This document shows, one piece after another, positions 1-13,462 of a DNA stretch of 64,000 nt; positions within the stretch are counted from its first letter, which is position 1; each line of letters opens with the position of its first letter. Source of the stretch: Octopus vulgaris. Lineage: Eukaryota. The DNA is taken from assembly GCA_951406725.2 (NCBI GenBank), contig OX597827.1, forward strand, positions 71,052,001-71,116,000. The letters run 5' to 3'. The translations under genes and the position numbers were made by a program. The notes under the pieces are model-generated. The model saw only the letters and a program-made list of their open reading frames with translations. It was not told the DNA's origin and searched no databases.

Positions 1-1104
1 AGGAAACAACAAGAAATAATATGTGTCTCCTTTTACAGAAACAAAAGGGTTTATAGGACTGCAAAAGAAGTGCTCAAATATAAAAGAGACGAAGATAAAG
101 AAACATCGGTTATAGAGCAAACATTAAACTTGGGTCATCGACTTGACATACAACACCACCTCTCAAACATTTAATCACATATAAAATATCCCCATGTTTT
201 TTTTTTAAATATAAGGAGTAGATACAACTTTATTAAAAGGAATAGCTACATATTTAATAAAGAAATTAAAGATACATTAAGCATAGGGAATGGATAATAT
301 TTAATAGAAAGAATTAGATTTAAACTTAGGTGTTCAATCCATTGAGAAGCAAGCTTTCTCTACCGGCTGAGACCGGTTGTTACTCTTGAACATCCGTTCC
401 ACTGTTAACTGTCTTCGGCTCGTCTTAATGTCGGCCGCCGAGTGATCTTCGACCTGCCCCTTTTACACCTGCCGACAAGTGGCATCCAAGTCACTTAATG
501 AAAGGAGAATCACTTGTATTCCCCGTATGAGACGGCATGCAGTGCGAAGTTAAATTTTAATTTGATTTTATTGTATTTCGTAGCACGGAGGCCGTTGTGG
601 TAGCTTGGTGAATGGGCATCCAAGTTTACTTGCCTTCTTCAAAGAACAATAAAGCATTTTTTTTTCTGCTCTTATCCTCCAATTTTAGAATTAATAACTC
701 TGAGGAGCACAATTTTCGTTGAGTTAGATCTAACACTTACTTTTGTCTAACTTTTGGCCTTTGAATCCAAAAATGGCCCCAGTCTTTCAACTTGTGAGCT
801 ACAGGATACCCTCGCTTTGTCTAAAAAAAAACCCATAAAAATACCGTTTCTAACAAATGTGTGCTTATTTCATACGGATACTTACAAAATTTACATACAA
901 TGGAAAATAGTAAAGCATTTCTTGACAATAATATTTGTCCAAATTTATTTTGCTCACACAAAGTATATTGTCATTGTAAGTCAAATTGTTTGCAAGTATA
1001 CAGACATGACAGAAGTAAATAGACACCATTATAATCGTTCAAATTTATTTAAATCTGAAATTATACATTCAGATTATTTGCTAATTATTATAACGTGAAT
1101 ATCT

Positions 1105-1410
1105 AATAATTAGTAGACGTGCCCTTTGCATTTTTCAGTGCAAGATCTGTATTAGGCATGCTACTAATCAAATGACGAATGTTCTCTTAACGAATTTCAT
1201 ACCATGTTTCATGCAGTAATCTCAAAAAAAATCTAGATTTGAGGATGCTTTCTCGTTTTTTTTTTTTCTTTTTTACGAAGTGTCCAGTTCATTACGCCCC
1301 AGAGATGTTCATATCTGGTGACTGACTTGGCCATGGAAGCTTTTTAATGCCATTCTCTTCCAACCGATCTTTGGTCGTTTTAGCTGTATGACAAAGAGTC
1401 CCATTTTCCA
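1105..1410 (-). pseudogene. Tc1-family transposase C-terminal remnant
   Basis: Frameshifted minus-strand translation gives CHTAKTTK..LEENGIKKLPWPSQSPDMN and ISSMPNTDLALKNAKGTSTNY*, matching the Tc1 WPxQSPDLNPIE and SMPxRxxAVIxAKG motifs. Confidence 0.7.
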
Positions 1411-1898
1411 TATATAGAGAGTCTTCTTTAATAATCTTTTCTACTCTGGGCACAAGGCCCGAATTTTTTTAGTGTGCGGAGGCAGTCGATTATATCTACC
1501 CCAGTACGCAACTGGTACTTAATTTATCGACCCCGAAAGGATGAAAGGCAAATTCGACCTCGACGGAGTCTTCTTTAATAATACCCCCACTGGAGAAGAT
1601 TGGAAGGAGTCCTTTCTGCAATATAATGAAAACAAATGTTGCTTATTGACGATTTATTCACTGACTGCTTCACAATCACACTAAAAACTTTATTAAAAAA
1701 TATTTGAGGGTTATGGTGCAATCCTCTCAGTCTGGGAACTGAACTCAGTATAGATTCCTCTTGTAATTTTTGTTATATTCCCGATTAGGGTCTTTGTCAT
1801 CAAAAAGTGCCAACCCTTTAGTGATATCCTTTATTACACCCATGTGAGTGAGAACACTTTGAGATATTTTTGGTATCTAACATATGTCAGATACTGCG

Positions 1899-2236
1899 AG
1901 CGCTGCTTCTGATTGGTCAATCCATGGTGATGACCCGAGGTCACGGTGACAGCGCTGGCTTCTGATTGGTCAATTCATGGTGATGACCCGAGGTCACGGT
2001 GACGGCACTACTTTCATAAGTTACAACTAAACGTGAAGAATTTAGTTATTGGGTTAATAAAATATGGTCGTTTATTCGTGTGTAATAAATAAAATACCAA
2101 ACTCATTCCCTATGGATACCGTATTTATTACAACGAGTGGCTTGTAAACGTATCTAACTCGCTTTCGCTCGTTAGATTCGTTTACAAGCCACTCGTTGTA
2201 ATAAATACGGTATCCATAGGGAACTCGTTTGGTATT
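1899..2236. repeat. Two ~52-bp tandem CCAAT-box units followed by a 144-bp foldback (2093-2236); unclassified non-autonomous element
   Basis: agcgctg(g)cttctgattggtcaat..gaggtcacggtgac occurs twice; arm aataccaaac..gtaaacgtatctaac pairs with gttagattcgtttac..gtttggtatt around a tcgctttcgctc loop. Confidence 0.7.
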
Positions 2237-2508
2237 CTCTCTTTGAGCCTATTTAAGCAGAATTGGCTGAATTTCTGTATTTTCATGTCTTCCCAGCTTA
2301 CTTTGTTCTAACAGTATCAGCTCCTCGTTAGATAAACTTTTTTTCTATGTCTATGAAACACTAGCGGTTCAGCCACATCATCGTCCATGACATCTTCAGA
2401 CCTTACATTTGCAGGTGTCAAAATCTTTTCCAAAATTTGACGTAGACGTCCGGTTTATGAAAAACTTGTAAGCTCACGTATACAGTGTGGCTATATATGT
2501 TTCTAAAC

Positions 2509-3106
2509 GAAGGCAGCGAGCTGGCAGACACGTTAGCGCGTCGGGTGAAATGCTTAGCGGTATTTCGTCTGTCGTTACGTTCTGAGTTCAAATTTCGCCG
2601 AGGTCGACTTTACCTTTCATCCTTTCGGGGTCGATAAATAAAGTACCAGTTTCGCACTGGGATCGATGTAATCGACTTAATCCCTCTGTCCTTGTTTGTC
2701 CCCTCTGTGTTTGGCCCCTTGTGGGTAATAAAGAAATAGGTATTTCGTCTGTCGTTACGTTCTGAATTCAAATTCCGCCGAGGTCGACTTTACCTTTCAT
2801 CTTTTCGGGGTCGATAAATAAAGTACCAGTTACGCACTGGGGTCGATGTAATCGACTTAATACCTATGTCTGTCCTTGTTTGTCCTCTCTGTGTTTGGCC
2901 CCTTGTGGGTAATAAAGAAATAGGTATTTCGTCTGTCGTTACGTTCTGAGTTCAAATTCCGCCGAGGTCGACTTTACCTTTCATCCTTTCGGGGTCGATA
3001 AATAAAGTACCAGTTTCGCACTGGGGTTGATGTAATCGACTTAATCCCTTTGTCTGTCCTTGTTTGTGCCCTCTATGTTTAGCCCCTTGTGGGCAATAAA
3101 GAAATA
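2509..3106 (+). mobile_element. SINE family B (Nin-domain-like) head-to-tail trimer with 17-bp TSD
   Basis: tRNA-like head with gagttcaaattc B-box; Nin-like cctttcatcctttcggggtcgataaataaagtacc; TSD tatatatgtttctaaac at 2492-2508 and 3107-3123. Confidence 0.85.
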
Positions 3107-3490
3107 TATATATGTTTCTAAACACCATTCAAAGTTGAGGGTTTTACTTCACCTCACTACTTAGCTATGTTACCCACAACATTCATTATATTAAACTTAT
3201 TCTAGAAGTCTTTAATTATAGATTTATCTCCCCATTAAATGCTTTAATAAGTTGTTTGGAAATTTTCCCCGGATATGCCTTGAAATTAGTTGCTACACCT
3301 TGATCCATTGGTTGAAGTAAAGACCTTATGTTCTTGGGAATATATTCTACTTTCACATTGTCACAAAAACTCATGTAACTGAACTGGGTGGGGAGAAACG
3401 GATGTTGGAACTAATACGTCTGAGACTGTACTGTTTTACAACAGAACACAAGATGTTTGTAAACCATCCTTCGAAACGGTTCTTCCGTGC

Positions 3491-4079
<589 letters not shown>

Positions 4080-4301
4080 TTCTATTTCTGGCAAATCACT
4101 TCTGTCTCATTAAAACTCTCGCCATTCCCATTTCACTGGCTGAAACAGGTTGTTACTTGAACATCCGTACTAAACGCTGAAGAGCTAGCTATAAATCAAT
4201 TGTAATCTGGTGACGTGACAAAAGCGACATTTTATTGTTTCATGAGGGCGGAAAGGGCGGAAAGTACACTGGACATTTTCACTTCAATTATCACGTGCTA
4301 C

Positions 4302-5085
4302 AAGGCGGCGAGCTGGTAGAGCCGGACGAAATACTAAGCTATATTTCGTCTGCCGCTACGTTCTGAGTTCAAATTCCGCCGAGGTCGACTTTGTCTTTCG
4401 TCCTTTCAGGGTGGATTAAATAAGTACCAGTTACGCACTGGGGTCGATGTAATCGACTTAATCCCTTTGTTTGTCCTCTCTGAGTTTAGCCCCTTGTGGG
4501 TAGTAAAGAAATAGGTATTTCGTCTGCCGCTACGTTCTGAGTTCAAATTCCGCCGAGGTCGACTTTGTCTTTCGTCCTTTCGGGGTGGATTAAATAAGTA
4601 CCAGTTACGCACTGGGGTCGATGTAATCGACTTAATCCCTTTGTTTGTCCTTGTTTGTCCTCTCTGAGTTTAGCCCCTTGTGAGTAGTAAAGAAACAGGT
4701 ATTTTGTCTGCCGCTACGTTCTGAGTTCAAATTCCGCCGAGGTCGACTTTGTCTTTCGTCCTTTCGGGGTTGATTAAATAAGTACCAGTTACGCACTGAG
4801 GTCGATGTAATCGACTTAATCCCTTTGTCTGTCCTTGTTTGTCCCCTCTATGTTTAGCCCTTTGTGAGCAATAAAGAAATAAGAAACGTTAGCACGCCGG
4901 GCGAAATGCTTAGCGATATTTCGTCTGCCGTTACGTTCTGAGTTCAAATTCCGCCGAGGTCGACTTTGCCTTTCATCCTTTCGGGGTTGATAAATTAAGT
5001 ACCAGTTGCGTACTGGAGTCGATCTAATTGACTGGCTCCCTCCACAAAAATGTCGGGTCTTGTGCCTAGAGTAGAAAAGATTATA
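4302..5085 (+). mobile_element. SINE family B tandem array (4 units; last unit has the alternative tail ...cttgtgcctagagtagaaaagatta)
   Basis: Repeated ~175-185-bp units with the same B-box and Nin-like core. Confidence 0.85.
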
Positions 5086-5346
5086 CATACGTATGTGTGT
5101 GTATGATGTATGCGTGTTCCCAACACAACCACTACCATTACCTCCACCACCACCACCACCACCACTACAACAACAACAACCACCACCACTTACGACAACC
5201 ATTATCACCAACATCACCACTACTACTATCAACACCACAACCACTACCCACGACCACCACTAGCAAACACCATCGCCACAACCACCATCGAGAACAACAA
5301 CAACAACAACTCCAGAACAGAAACTGCGAAGAACAGTACAGATACT

Positions 5347-5572
5347 TTATTGCAAGGTGAGTAAAACACACAAGAACACCACGAGCCAAGGGGAAGTAAC
5401 TCTGCTGATATTACTACTTCCATACAAAGCAGTGTACTCAGATCTCACACTCATTCGCGTCTGGCACCGAGTGGGTAATGCTCCGTACAAGAAGTTCGAC
5501 ATAATTTGTCCAACTCTCCGATTGCAGCGTCTGTAGAGGGCAAGTTCACATCTATATCTTGTGACGGTTATG
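5347..5572 (-). CDS. Host gene terminal coding exon (ITVTRYRCELALYRRCNRR...GSSNISRVTSPWLVVFLCVLLTLQ*), GPI-signal-like end
   Basis: Acceptor tttttttcttctttgcttccgctctag|; phase 2; TAA at 5349-5347 lies inside an AATAAA. Spliced CDS is 696 nt = 231 aa plus stop. Confidence 0.85.
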
Positions 5573-5682
5573 CTAGAGCGGAAGCAAAGAAGAAAAAAAT
5601 GATATTTAAAAAATAAACAAATAAACAGACGTGCTTGCACAAGTCAAACCGAAAACAAAAAAAAAAAAGGAAGAAAATGAAT

Positions 5683-6367
5683 AGTGGCTGTGTGGTAGGT
5701 AGCTTGTTTACCAACCACATGGTTCCGGGTTCAGTCCCACTGCGTGGGCACCTTGGGCAAGTGTCTTCTACTATAGCCTCGGGCCGACCAAAGCCTTGTG
5801 ACTGGATTTGGTAGACGGAAACTGAAAGAAGCCCGTCGTATATATGTATAGGCGCAGGAGTGGCTGTTTGGTAAGTAGCTTGCTGACCAACCACATGGTT
5901 CCGGGTTCAGTCCCACTGCGTGGGCACCTTGGGCAAGTGTCTTCTACTATAGCCTCGGGCCGACCAAAGCCTTGTGACTGGATTTGGTAGACGGAAACTG
6001 AAAGAAGCCCGTCGTATATATGTATAGGCGCAGGAGTGGCTGTTTGGTAAGTAGCTTGCTAACCAACCACATGGTTCCGGGTTCAGTCCCACTGCGTGGG
6101 CACCTTGGGCAAGTGTCTTCTACTATAGCCTCGGGCCAACCAAATCTTGTGACTGGATTTGGTAGACGGAAACTGAAAGAAGCCCGTCGTATATATGTAT
6201 AGGCGCAGGAGTGGCTGTTTGGTAAGTAGCTTGCTAACCAACCACATGGTTCCGGGTTCAGTCCCACTGCGTGGGCACCTTGGGCAAGTGTCTTCTACTA
6301 TAGCCTCGGGCCGACCAAAGCCTTGTGACTGGATTTGGTAAACGGAAACTGAAAGAAGCCCGTCGTA

Positions 6368-6417
<50 letters not shown>

Positions 6418-6636
6418 TGTGTGTGTTTGTGTGTCTGTGTTTGTCCCCCTAGCATTGCTTGACAACCGATGCTGGTGTGTCTATGTCCCCGTTACTTAGC
6501 GGTTCGGCAAAAGAGACCGATAGAATAAGTACTGGGCTTACAAAAGAATAAGTCCCGGGGTCGAGTTGCTCGATTAAAGGCGGTGCTCCAGCGTGGCCGC
6601 AATCAAATGACTGAAACAAGTAAAAGAGTAAAAGAG
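5683..6636 (+). mobile_element. SINE family A (tRNA head plus CORE-like accttgggcaag), with the ~176-bp head segment present 4 times in tandem
   Basis: gtggctgt..ggttccgggttcagtcccactgcgtgggcaccttgggcaagtg x4, then (TA)n and the standard tail gactgaaacaagtaaaagagtaaaagag. Confidence 0.85.
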
Positions 6637-6905
6637 AGACATGTTTGCACAAGTTAAACCGAAAAAAAAAAAGAAAGAAAATGAAAAATAAGCGGAGCTA
6701 TAAACTGCCAAGAGATTGTATGAGATCCCTCTACATGCTAAAAGTAGAAACCAAATCTCTCTTTTTCTGAACACGCACTACACTACCATACCGTTCTGTA
6801 CCAAATACAATTCTATACTTTACACACACACTAGCATAGCAAGAGTGTGTGCCGCCTGGGGCAGCCCTTCCGTTTGCACAATGTTTACATATTGTTATTA
6901 TATTC

Positions 6906-7507
6906 AGTGGTTAGGGCAGCGGACTCGCGGTCTTAGGATCGCGCTTTCGATTCCCAGACCGGGCGTTGTGAGTGTTTATTGAGCGAAAACACCTAAAGCT
7001 CCACGAGGCTCCGGCAGGGGATGGTGGTGATCCCTGCTGTACTCTTTCACCACAACTTTCTCTCACTCTTACTTCCTGTTTCTGTTGTACATGTATTTCA
7101 AAGAGCCGGCCTTGTTACTCTGTGTCACGCTGAATATCCCCGAGAACTACGTTAAGGGTACACGTGTCTGTGGAGTGCTCAGCCACTTACACATTAATTT
7201 CACGAGCAGACTCTTCCGTTGATTCGGATCAACCGGAACCCTCGTCGTCGTAACCTATTTCTTTATTACCCACAAGGGGCTAAACACAGAGGGAACAAAC
7301 ATGGACAGACATAGGTATTAAGTCGATTATATCGACCCCAGTGCTTAACTGGTACTTAACTTATCGACCCCGAAAGGATGAAAGGCGAAGTCGACCTCGG
7401 CGGAATTTGAACTCACAACGTAACGGCAGCCGAAATACCGCTAAGCATTTCGCCCGACGTGCTAACGATTCTGCTAGCTCGCCGCCTTAACCGACGGAGT
7501 GCTTCCA
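6906..7507 (+). mobile_element. SINE family C (tRNA-derived) with a minus-strand family B SINE (about 7256-7487) inserted in its tail
   Basis: Head cagtggttagggcagcggactcgcggtc..ttcgattccc; tail gtcgtaacc|..|taaccgacggagtgcttcc with taacc duplicated. Confidence 0.8.
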
Positions 7508-7526
7508 TCCCATATTCATTTGTAGA

Positions 7527-8140
7527 ATGTCTTTTACAAAGAAAAGGAGATACGATGAGTCATATTTGAGCTTCGGTTTCACTGTGCTTACTGCTAGCAG
7601 AGTAGAAAGACCACAGTGTGTTCTGTGCTCTGAGGTATTGGCAGCTTCTTCGCTGAAGCCCAGCAGGCTAAAGAGGCAACTTTTATAAGTGAGGTGCATC
7701 TGTGTTATTTGTCCGCAAGCATGGGGTATAGTCTTGACAGGGGTATATTCTGGCCTGGTTGTCTGGAGGGAGCATAGTCTGGGCTAGCCCAGACTATAGT
7801 TTGGGCAGGGGTATATTCTGGGCTGTTACACCACCATTTTTCAATCCTGTTTAGACTTGTTGCGCCCATTCCCCAGCACCGATCGATAAAGCCGCAGAGA
7901 GACGCCTGCATTCAAGTACGTGCATGTATGCCCTGCGCGCGTCACCTCAAATGCATTATATCTGTATGGTTTTTTTAATACGTAAATTAGGGGTACTGTG
8001 TAGTGCGTGCATGTTCAATGGTTCCACTTTTAGCTAAAACCGGAAAACCTAGTGTTTTGAACATTATAAATCTAAAATTTGGCGACCCCTTAGCAAATTC
8101 CCTAAAATCGCTCCGCGGACCCCAGTTTGGGAACCAAGGC
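7527..8140 (+). mobile_element. hAT (Charlie/Buster-type) remnant: BED-finger N-terminus and 3' terminus
   Basis: 7527-7688 reads MSFTKKRRYDESYLSFGFT..ERPQCVLCSEVLAASSLKPSRLKR; cgcggaccccagtttgggaacca near 8115-8137 resembles a hAT end. Confidence 0.7.
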
Positions 8141-8433
8141 ACTAACCTTCGTCATCTGGCACCGGACCACCTCCTCCAATGCCCCCTCCATTATAGCAAG
8201 GCACCTGTTTTTGCCTCTCTGTCTCTCTTTCATCTTCTGACACAAGTTCCCCTGCTCAAATGCCCCTACCCTTCTCATAATTCCTTGTTTGCGAGTTACT
8301 TGGTAAACCTGCCAGTGGTGGTGCCACGTAAAAAGCATCCAGTTAACACTGTAAAGTGATTGGTATTTGGAAGGGCATCCAGCTGTAAAAACCCCAATAA
8401 TTGTCTCATATATTTTTAGCCTTCTATACTTAC

Positions 8434-8587
8434 TTGCAGGCTACGTCCTTCAGCTCTTTGCTAATCGGATGATTAGGTAGAGGCGTTTCAAATTTCTCCA
8501 TCATTTGTCCAATTGCCGTGGCGAAATCATGATAGCATTTTTTCAACTCATTGGTTATCTCCAAGCATTTGATACCTCTCATAAGGT
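8434..8587 (-). CDS. Host gene coding exon 4 (LMRGIKCLEITNELKKCYHDFATAIGQMMEKFETPLPNHPISKELKDVAC)
   Basis: Acceptor ctttcctatttttgagtag|; donor AA|gtaagt; 154 nt; phase 1 to 2; open frame. Confidence 0.85.
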
Positions 8588-9083
8588 CTACTCAAAAATA
8601 GGAAAGTAGTTAAACAGGTGTGAATACATTTACAACACAGTCGTGGAAACGAAAACAAAACGTTCAACTTTACTTTATACCAGCATTGCTTATTGATGCA
8701 AGCAGGTGTGGCTTGTTTGTTTGAAGAATGCACTTACACCTAGAGCACTTACCCCTTTATAATGACCAATCAAAATTGTATTGACCATTGTCCACAAGAA
8801 ATTTTAGGCGCAAAACCAAGCAAATCTTAAACAACTCTGGAGCCTCTTTTTACACATATAAGAGACGGCAAACCCAACATAAAGTCAGATAAGAGAAAAA
8901 ATCTATCAGAAAGGAACTCTATCTCTCTTTAAAAAATATCTTTTGATAAGCATAACAAATGCGCAACCGGTAAAAAGAACTTTCACCTAATTAAATACAC
9001 TCTCCCTTACTTAAATTATTTTGTCAGCATTTTCTTCATTTCCTTTTTTATATGTCACAACTCGTGTTCCACATCTCCTTTTT

Positions 9084-9120
<37 letters not shown>

Positions 9121-10028
9121 CAAAGTTGAGTTGTGGGGTATCGCACGAGTGGAATTATATACGAAAGAAGGTTTGAAAATGCAATTTAAAAGATGTTTAT
9201 TTACTTAACCGGTTTCACTCTTTGGAAAAAGATTGTCAAAAGTAACATAGAATACTATGAATTCAAAAACGTTTTTTACATAATTGCCACATTGAATATT
9301 AAGAATTCAAAAAAGTTTTTTTACATAATTGTCACATTACATGTATAAATATAATGTTTGGTAACAGGGATATATTAAGGGCATAAAGAAGTTCAACAGT
9401 GTGATGAGAATATTTGGAAAAATTGGCAGAAAAGAATAAAACAAATATATTATTGGAAATTTGGTTGCGTTAATTATTGGTTGTTGCAAATTGTCACATT
9501 ACATGTATATATAGAGAGTCTTTGGTAAAAAGGACATGTTAAAGACATAAGGAAGTGCAATAGTATGGTGAGAATATTTGAAAAATTGACAGAAAAAATT
9601 TAAATGAATATATTATACATCTCAGGGTCCGTACAGAATATTATGAATTGAAGGCGAGAGTTTGTTTTTACTGACCTGTTCGTTTTAGCAGAAATGTTGA
9701 ATTGAGAGAAATGTACCCGTTTTGTTCTGTTTATGGCTTCCCTTCAAGCATCAATGATTTTGGGGTTATCATGAGGTGAGTATGTGTGTCTCTCTGCGTG
9801 TGTATGAATAGATGTGTCTGTGTGCCCGTAGTATCTGGTCAGACGGCGTCTGTTTGTCACACACATACACACACACAACACACACACACACATAATATAC
9901 AAACACACAACACGCACACACAACACACACACATACAGAACACACACATACACAACGCACACACATATATAATATACACACACAGCATACAGATATAACA
10001 TGTATTTATATATAATACACACACATAT

Positions 10029-10061
<33 letters not shown>

Positions 10062-10585
10062 CACATGCACAAATACATACATACATAATATAAATATAAC
10101 ACAAATACACCTAGCACATATATACATACAATACACATACACAGCATATATATAATACACATACACAATATATACATACAATATACATGCACAATACATA
10201 CATATAATATATATATATAGACAATGCATATACATATATACATATATACATATAAATAGTGTTTACATACACATACATAAATATACCACATATACACACA
10301 ATATACATACATACAATGTATACATATACACGTACGCATACATATAACATATATATACACACACACATAACATACACATACACAATGCATACATATATAT
10401 ACATGCAATGTATATACATGTATTCATGCATATATAACACACCTACAATATACATATATACAATGCACACATACACACACATATACACATAATTGTACAC
10501 ATACATATACAATACACATACATACAATATACATATACACAATGCACATGCAAATAATGCACATATTTATACACACATATATATG

Positions 10586-10621
<36 letters not shown>

Positions 10622-10876
10622 CACACATACACACACATACATATATAAAATTCACACACACACACACACACAAAATACATACCTATAGCGTACACGCACA
10701 TATATATCTCTACATACCGCACACACACACAAACAATGTACTCACATATACACACATACCATGCATACACACACCCAACACATATATATATATATAAAAC
10801 AAATACACATGTAAATACATACACACGCACACAATGCACACACACACACACAGTGCACACACACACACACACATAT

Positions 10877-10934
<58 letters not shown>

Positions 10935-11119
10935 CACTCACACACATACATAACCTACATATATATAATGCATGCGTGTGCGTGCCGCGTATGTGTGCGG
11001 TCAATGCCCGCTAGTGTGTCCTATGTGTGCCGATGCGCGCATGTGTCCGCCCGCACGATATGCTGCGAGTGTGCGCGTGTCCCTGTGTGCTTGCTCTGGA
11101 TGTGTGCCTAGGGGGTATG

Positions 11120-12094
11120 TTAGAGTATGTTTAGTTGTGGTCTGTATTTTTGAATAAGATTACTTTCCCTATTTATTCGTGTTTGGTCTGTCGTGTTGTC
11201 CGAGCATTGGTATAGTGGGAAGACTAAGAATTTGGGGGACTTATTGTGTGCACAAAGGTCTAAGTGTCCACTTAGTGGTATCTGTCTTGTAGAGGGGTCC
11301 CTCAGTTGTTGTCGGTGAACTGTCATTCTTTCTCTGAGGGTAAGGCTCGTTTGCCCTATGTAGTCTTCGTGGCATCCTTCACACCTTATGACGTAGAGTA
11401 AATTTTTTGATGCGCACGTGAAATTATTTTTTATGATGAATGTGTGTCCCGAGTGGAGCTTGTACGTCGATCCCTCAATGAGGTGGATGCAAGTCCTGCA
11501 GTTGGGGCGACCACATTTTTTGATGGTGGGCGGTGGGTTTGTGTTGTGTAATTTTGCGTTGGTGAGGAGGTTTTTTAGGGATTTATGTTGTCTCTTACTT
11601 TTTATTATTTTATGAGCTGCCAGTATTTTTTTCAGGCGTGGGTCTTGATTTAGTTGTGGAATGTTGTTGTATATAATAGTGTAAGCTTCTGCATTCCTTG
11701 GGTTGTGTGTTGAGAGATAGGGGAGGCTATTTACTGTACTGTGGATGTGTTTGGGTTTTCGTAGGTCTTGAGTGTTGATTGATTTGGCCCGTTCTATTCC
11801 GTTGTCTACTAGTGATGCCGGGTAATGTCTTTCGAGAAGAATTGCCCTTAGTTCCCGGAGTCTTCTATTTCGTGTTGTGTCATTTGAGACAATAGTGCAG
11901 ATTCTTCTCGCTAGGTTGAAGGGGATATTTGTCTTTGTGTGTTTTGGGTGATTGGAGGTGAATAGAAGGTATTGTTTAGAGTCAGTGGGTTTGTAATGGA
12001 TGTCAGTTTCAATCTTGACGCCTTTTTTAATGATTAGAATATCAAGAAAAGGGAGTTGGTCCTGACTATATTCCATTGTGAATTGAATCTCCAA
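11120..12094 (-). CDS. Penelope-like ORF 3' part (RT end and thumb, CxxxxCxxC linker, GIY-YIG endonuclease); 5'-truncated, no genuine start
   Basis: IQFTMEY..LPFLDI..TDIHYKPTD; CGRPNCRTC; FTCASKNLLYVIRCEGCHEDYIGQT..RERMTVH..GH..RE..I..Y.P.LN. The mirror copy 12089-12927 (+) has two +1 frameshifts. Confidence 0.9.
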   Translation of the reverse strand: MEIQFTMEYSQDQLPFLDILIIKKGVKIETDIHYKPTDSKQYLLFTSNHPKHTKTNIPFNLARRICTIVSNDTTRNRRLRELRAILLERHYPASLVDNGIERAKSINTQDLRKPKHIHSTVNSLPYLSTHNPRNAEAYTIIYNNIPQLNQDPRLKKILAAHKIIKSKRQHKSLKNLLTNAKLHNTNPPPTIKKCGRPNCRTCIHLIEGSTYKLHSGHTFIIKNNFTCASKNLLYVIRCEGCHEDYIGQTSLTLRERMTVHRQQLRDPSTRQIPLSGHLDLCAHNKSPKFLVFPLYQCSDNTTDQTRINRESNLIQKYRPQLNIL

Positions 12095-13113
12095 TCACCC
12101 AAAACACACAAAGGCAAATATCCCCTTCAACCTAGCGAGAAGAATCTGCACTATTGTCTCAAATGACACAACACGAAATAGAAGACTCCGGGAACTAAGG
12201 GCAATTCTTCTCGAAAGACATTACCCGGCATCACTAGTAGACAACGGAATAGAACGGGCCAAATCAATCAACACTCAAGACCTACGAAAACCCAAACACA
12301 TCCACAGTACAGTAAATAGCCTCCCCTATCTCTCAACACACAATCCAAGGAATGCAGAAGCTTACACTATTATATACAACAACATTCCACAACTAAATCA
12401 AGACCCACGCCTAAAAAAAATACTGGCAGCTCATAAAATAATAAAAAGTAAGAGACAACCTAAATCCCTAAAAAAACCTCCTCACCAACGCAAAATTTAC
12501 ACAACACAAACCCACCGCCCACCATCAAAAAATGTGGTCGCCCCAACTGCAGGACTTGCATCCACCTCATTGAGGGATCGACGTACAAGTTCCACTCGGG
12601 ACACACATTCATCATAAAAAATAATTTCACGTGCGCATCAAAAAATTTACTCTGCGTCATAAGGTGTGAAGGATGCAACGAAGACTACATAGGGCAAACG
12701 AGCCTTACCCTCAGAGAAAGAATGACAGTTCACCGACAACAACTGAGGGACCCCTCTACAAGACAGATACCACTAAGTGGACACTAAGACCCTTGTGCAC
12801 ACAATAAGTCCCCCAAATTCTTAGTCTTCCCACTATACCAATGCTCGGACAACACGACAGACCAAACACGAATAAATAGGGAAAGTAATCTTATTCAAAA
12901 ATACAGACCACAACTAAACATACTCTAACATACCCCCTAGGCACACATCCAGAGCAAGCACACAGGGACACGCGCACACTCGCAGCATATCGTGCGGGCG
13001 GACACATGCGCGCATCGGCACACATAGGGCACACTAGCGGGTATTGACCGCACACATACGCGGCACGCACACGCATGCATTATATATATGTAGGTTATGT
13101 ATGTGTGTGAGTG

Positions 13114-13187
<74 letters not shown>

Positions 13188-13420
13188 ACTGTGTGTGTGT
13201 GTGTGCATTGTGTGCGTGTGTATGTATTTACATGTGTATTTGTTTTATATATATATATATGTGTTGGGTGTGTGTATGCATGGTATGTGTGTATATGTGA
13301 GTACATTGTTTGTGTGTGTGTGCGGTATGTAGAGATATATATGTGCGTGTACGCTATAGGTATGTATTTTGTGTGTGTGTGTGTGTGTGAATTTTATATA
13401 TGTATGTGTGTGTATGTGTG

Positions 13421-13462
<42 letters not shown>

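Noticed and set aside
754-1098. 114-aa plus-strand ORF
   Set aside because: Non-ATG start, AT-rich, no motif; adjacent to a Tc1 relic
2355-2402. Minus-strand CTGAAGA hammerhead candidate
   Set aside because: Lacks GAAA and stem I
5315-5356. Possible plus-strand micro-exon ending AAG|gtgagt
   Set aside because: No polypyrimidine tract, no partner exons, and it overlaps the better-supported minus-strand terminal exon
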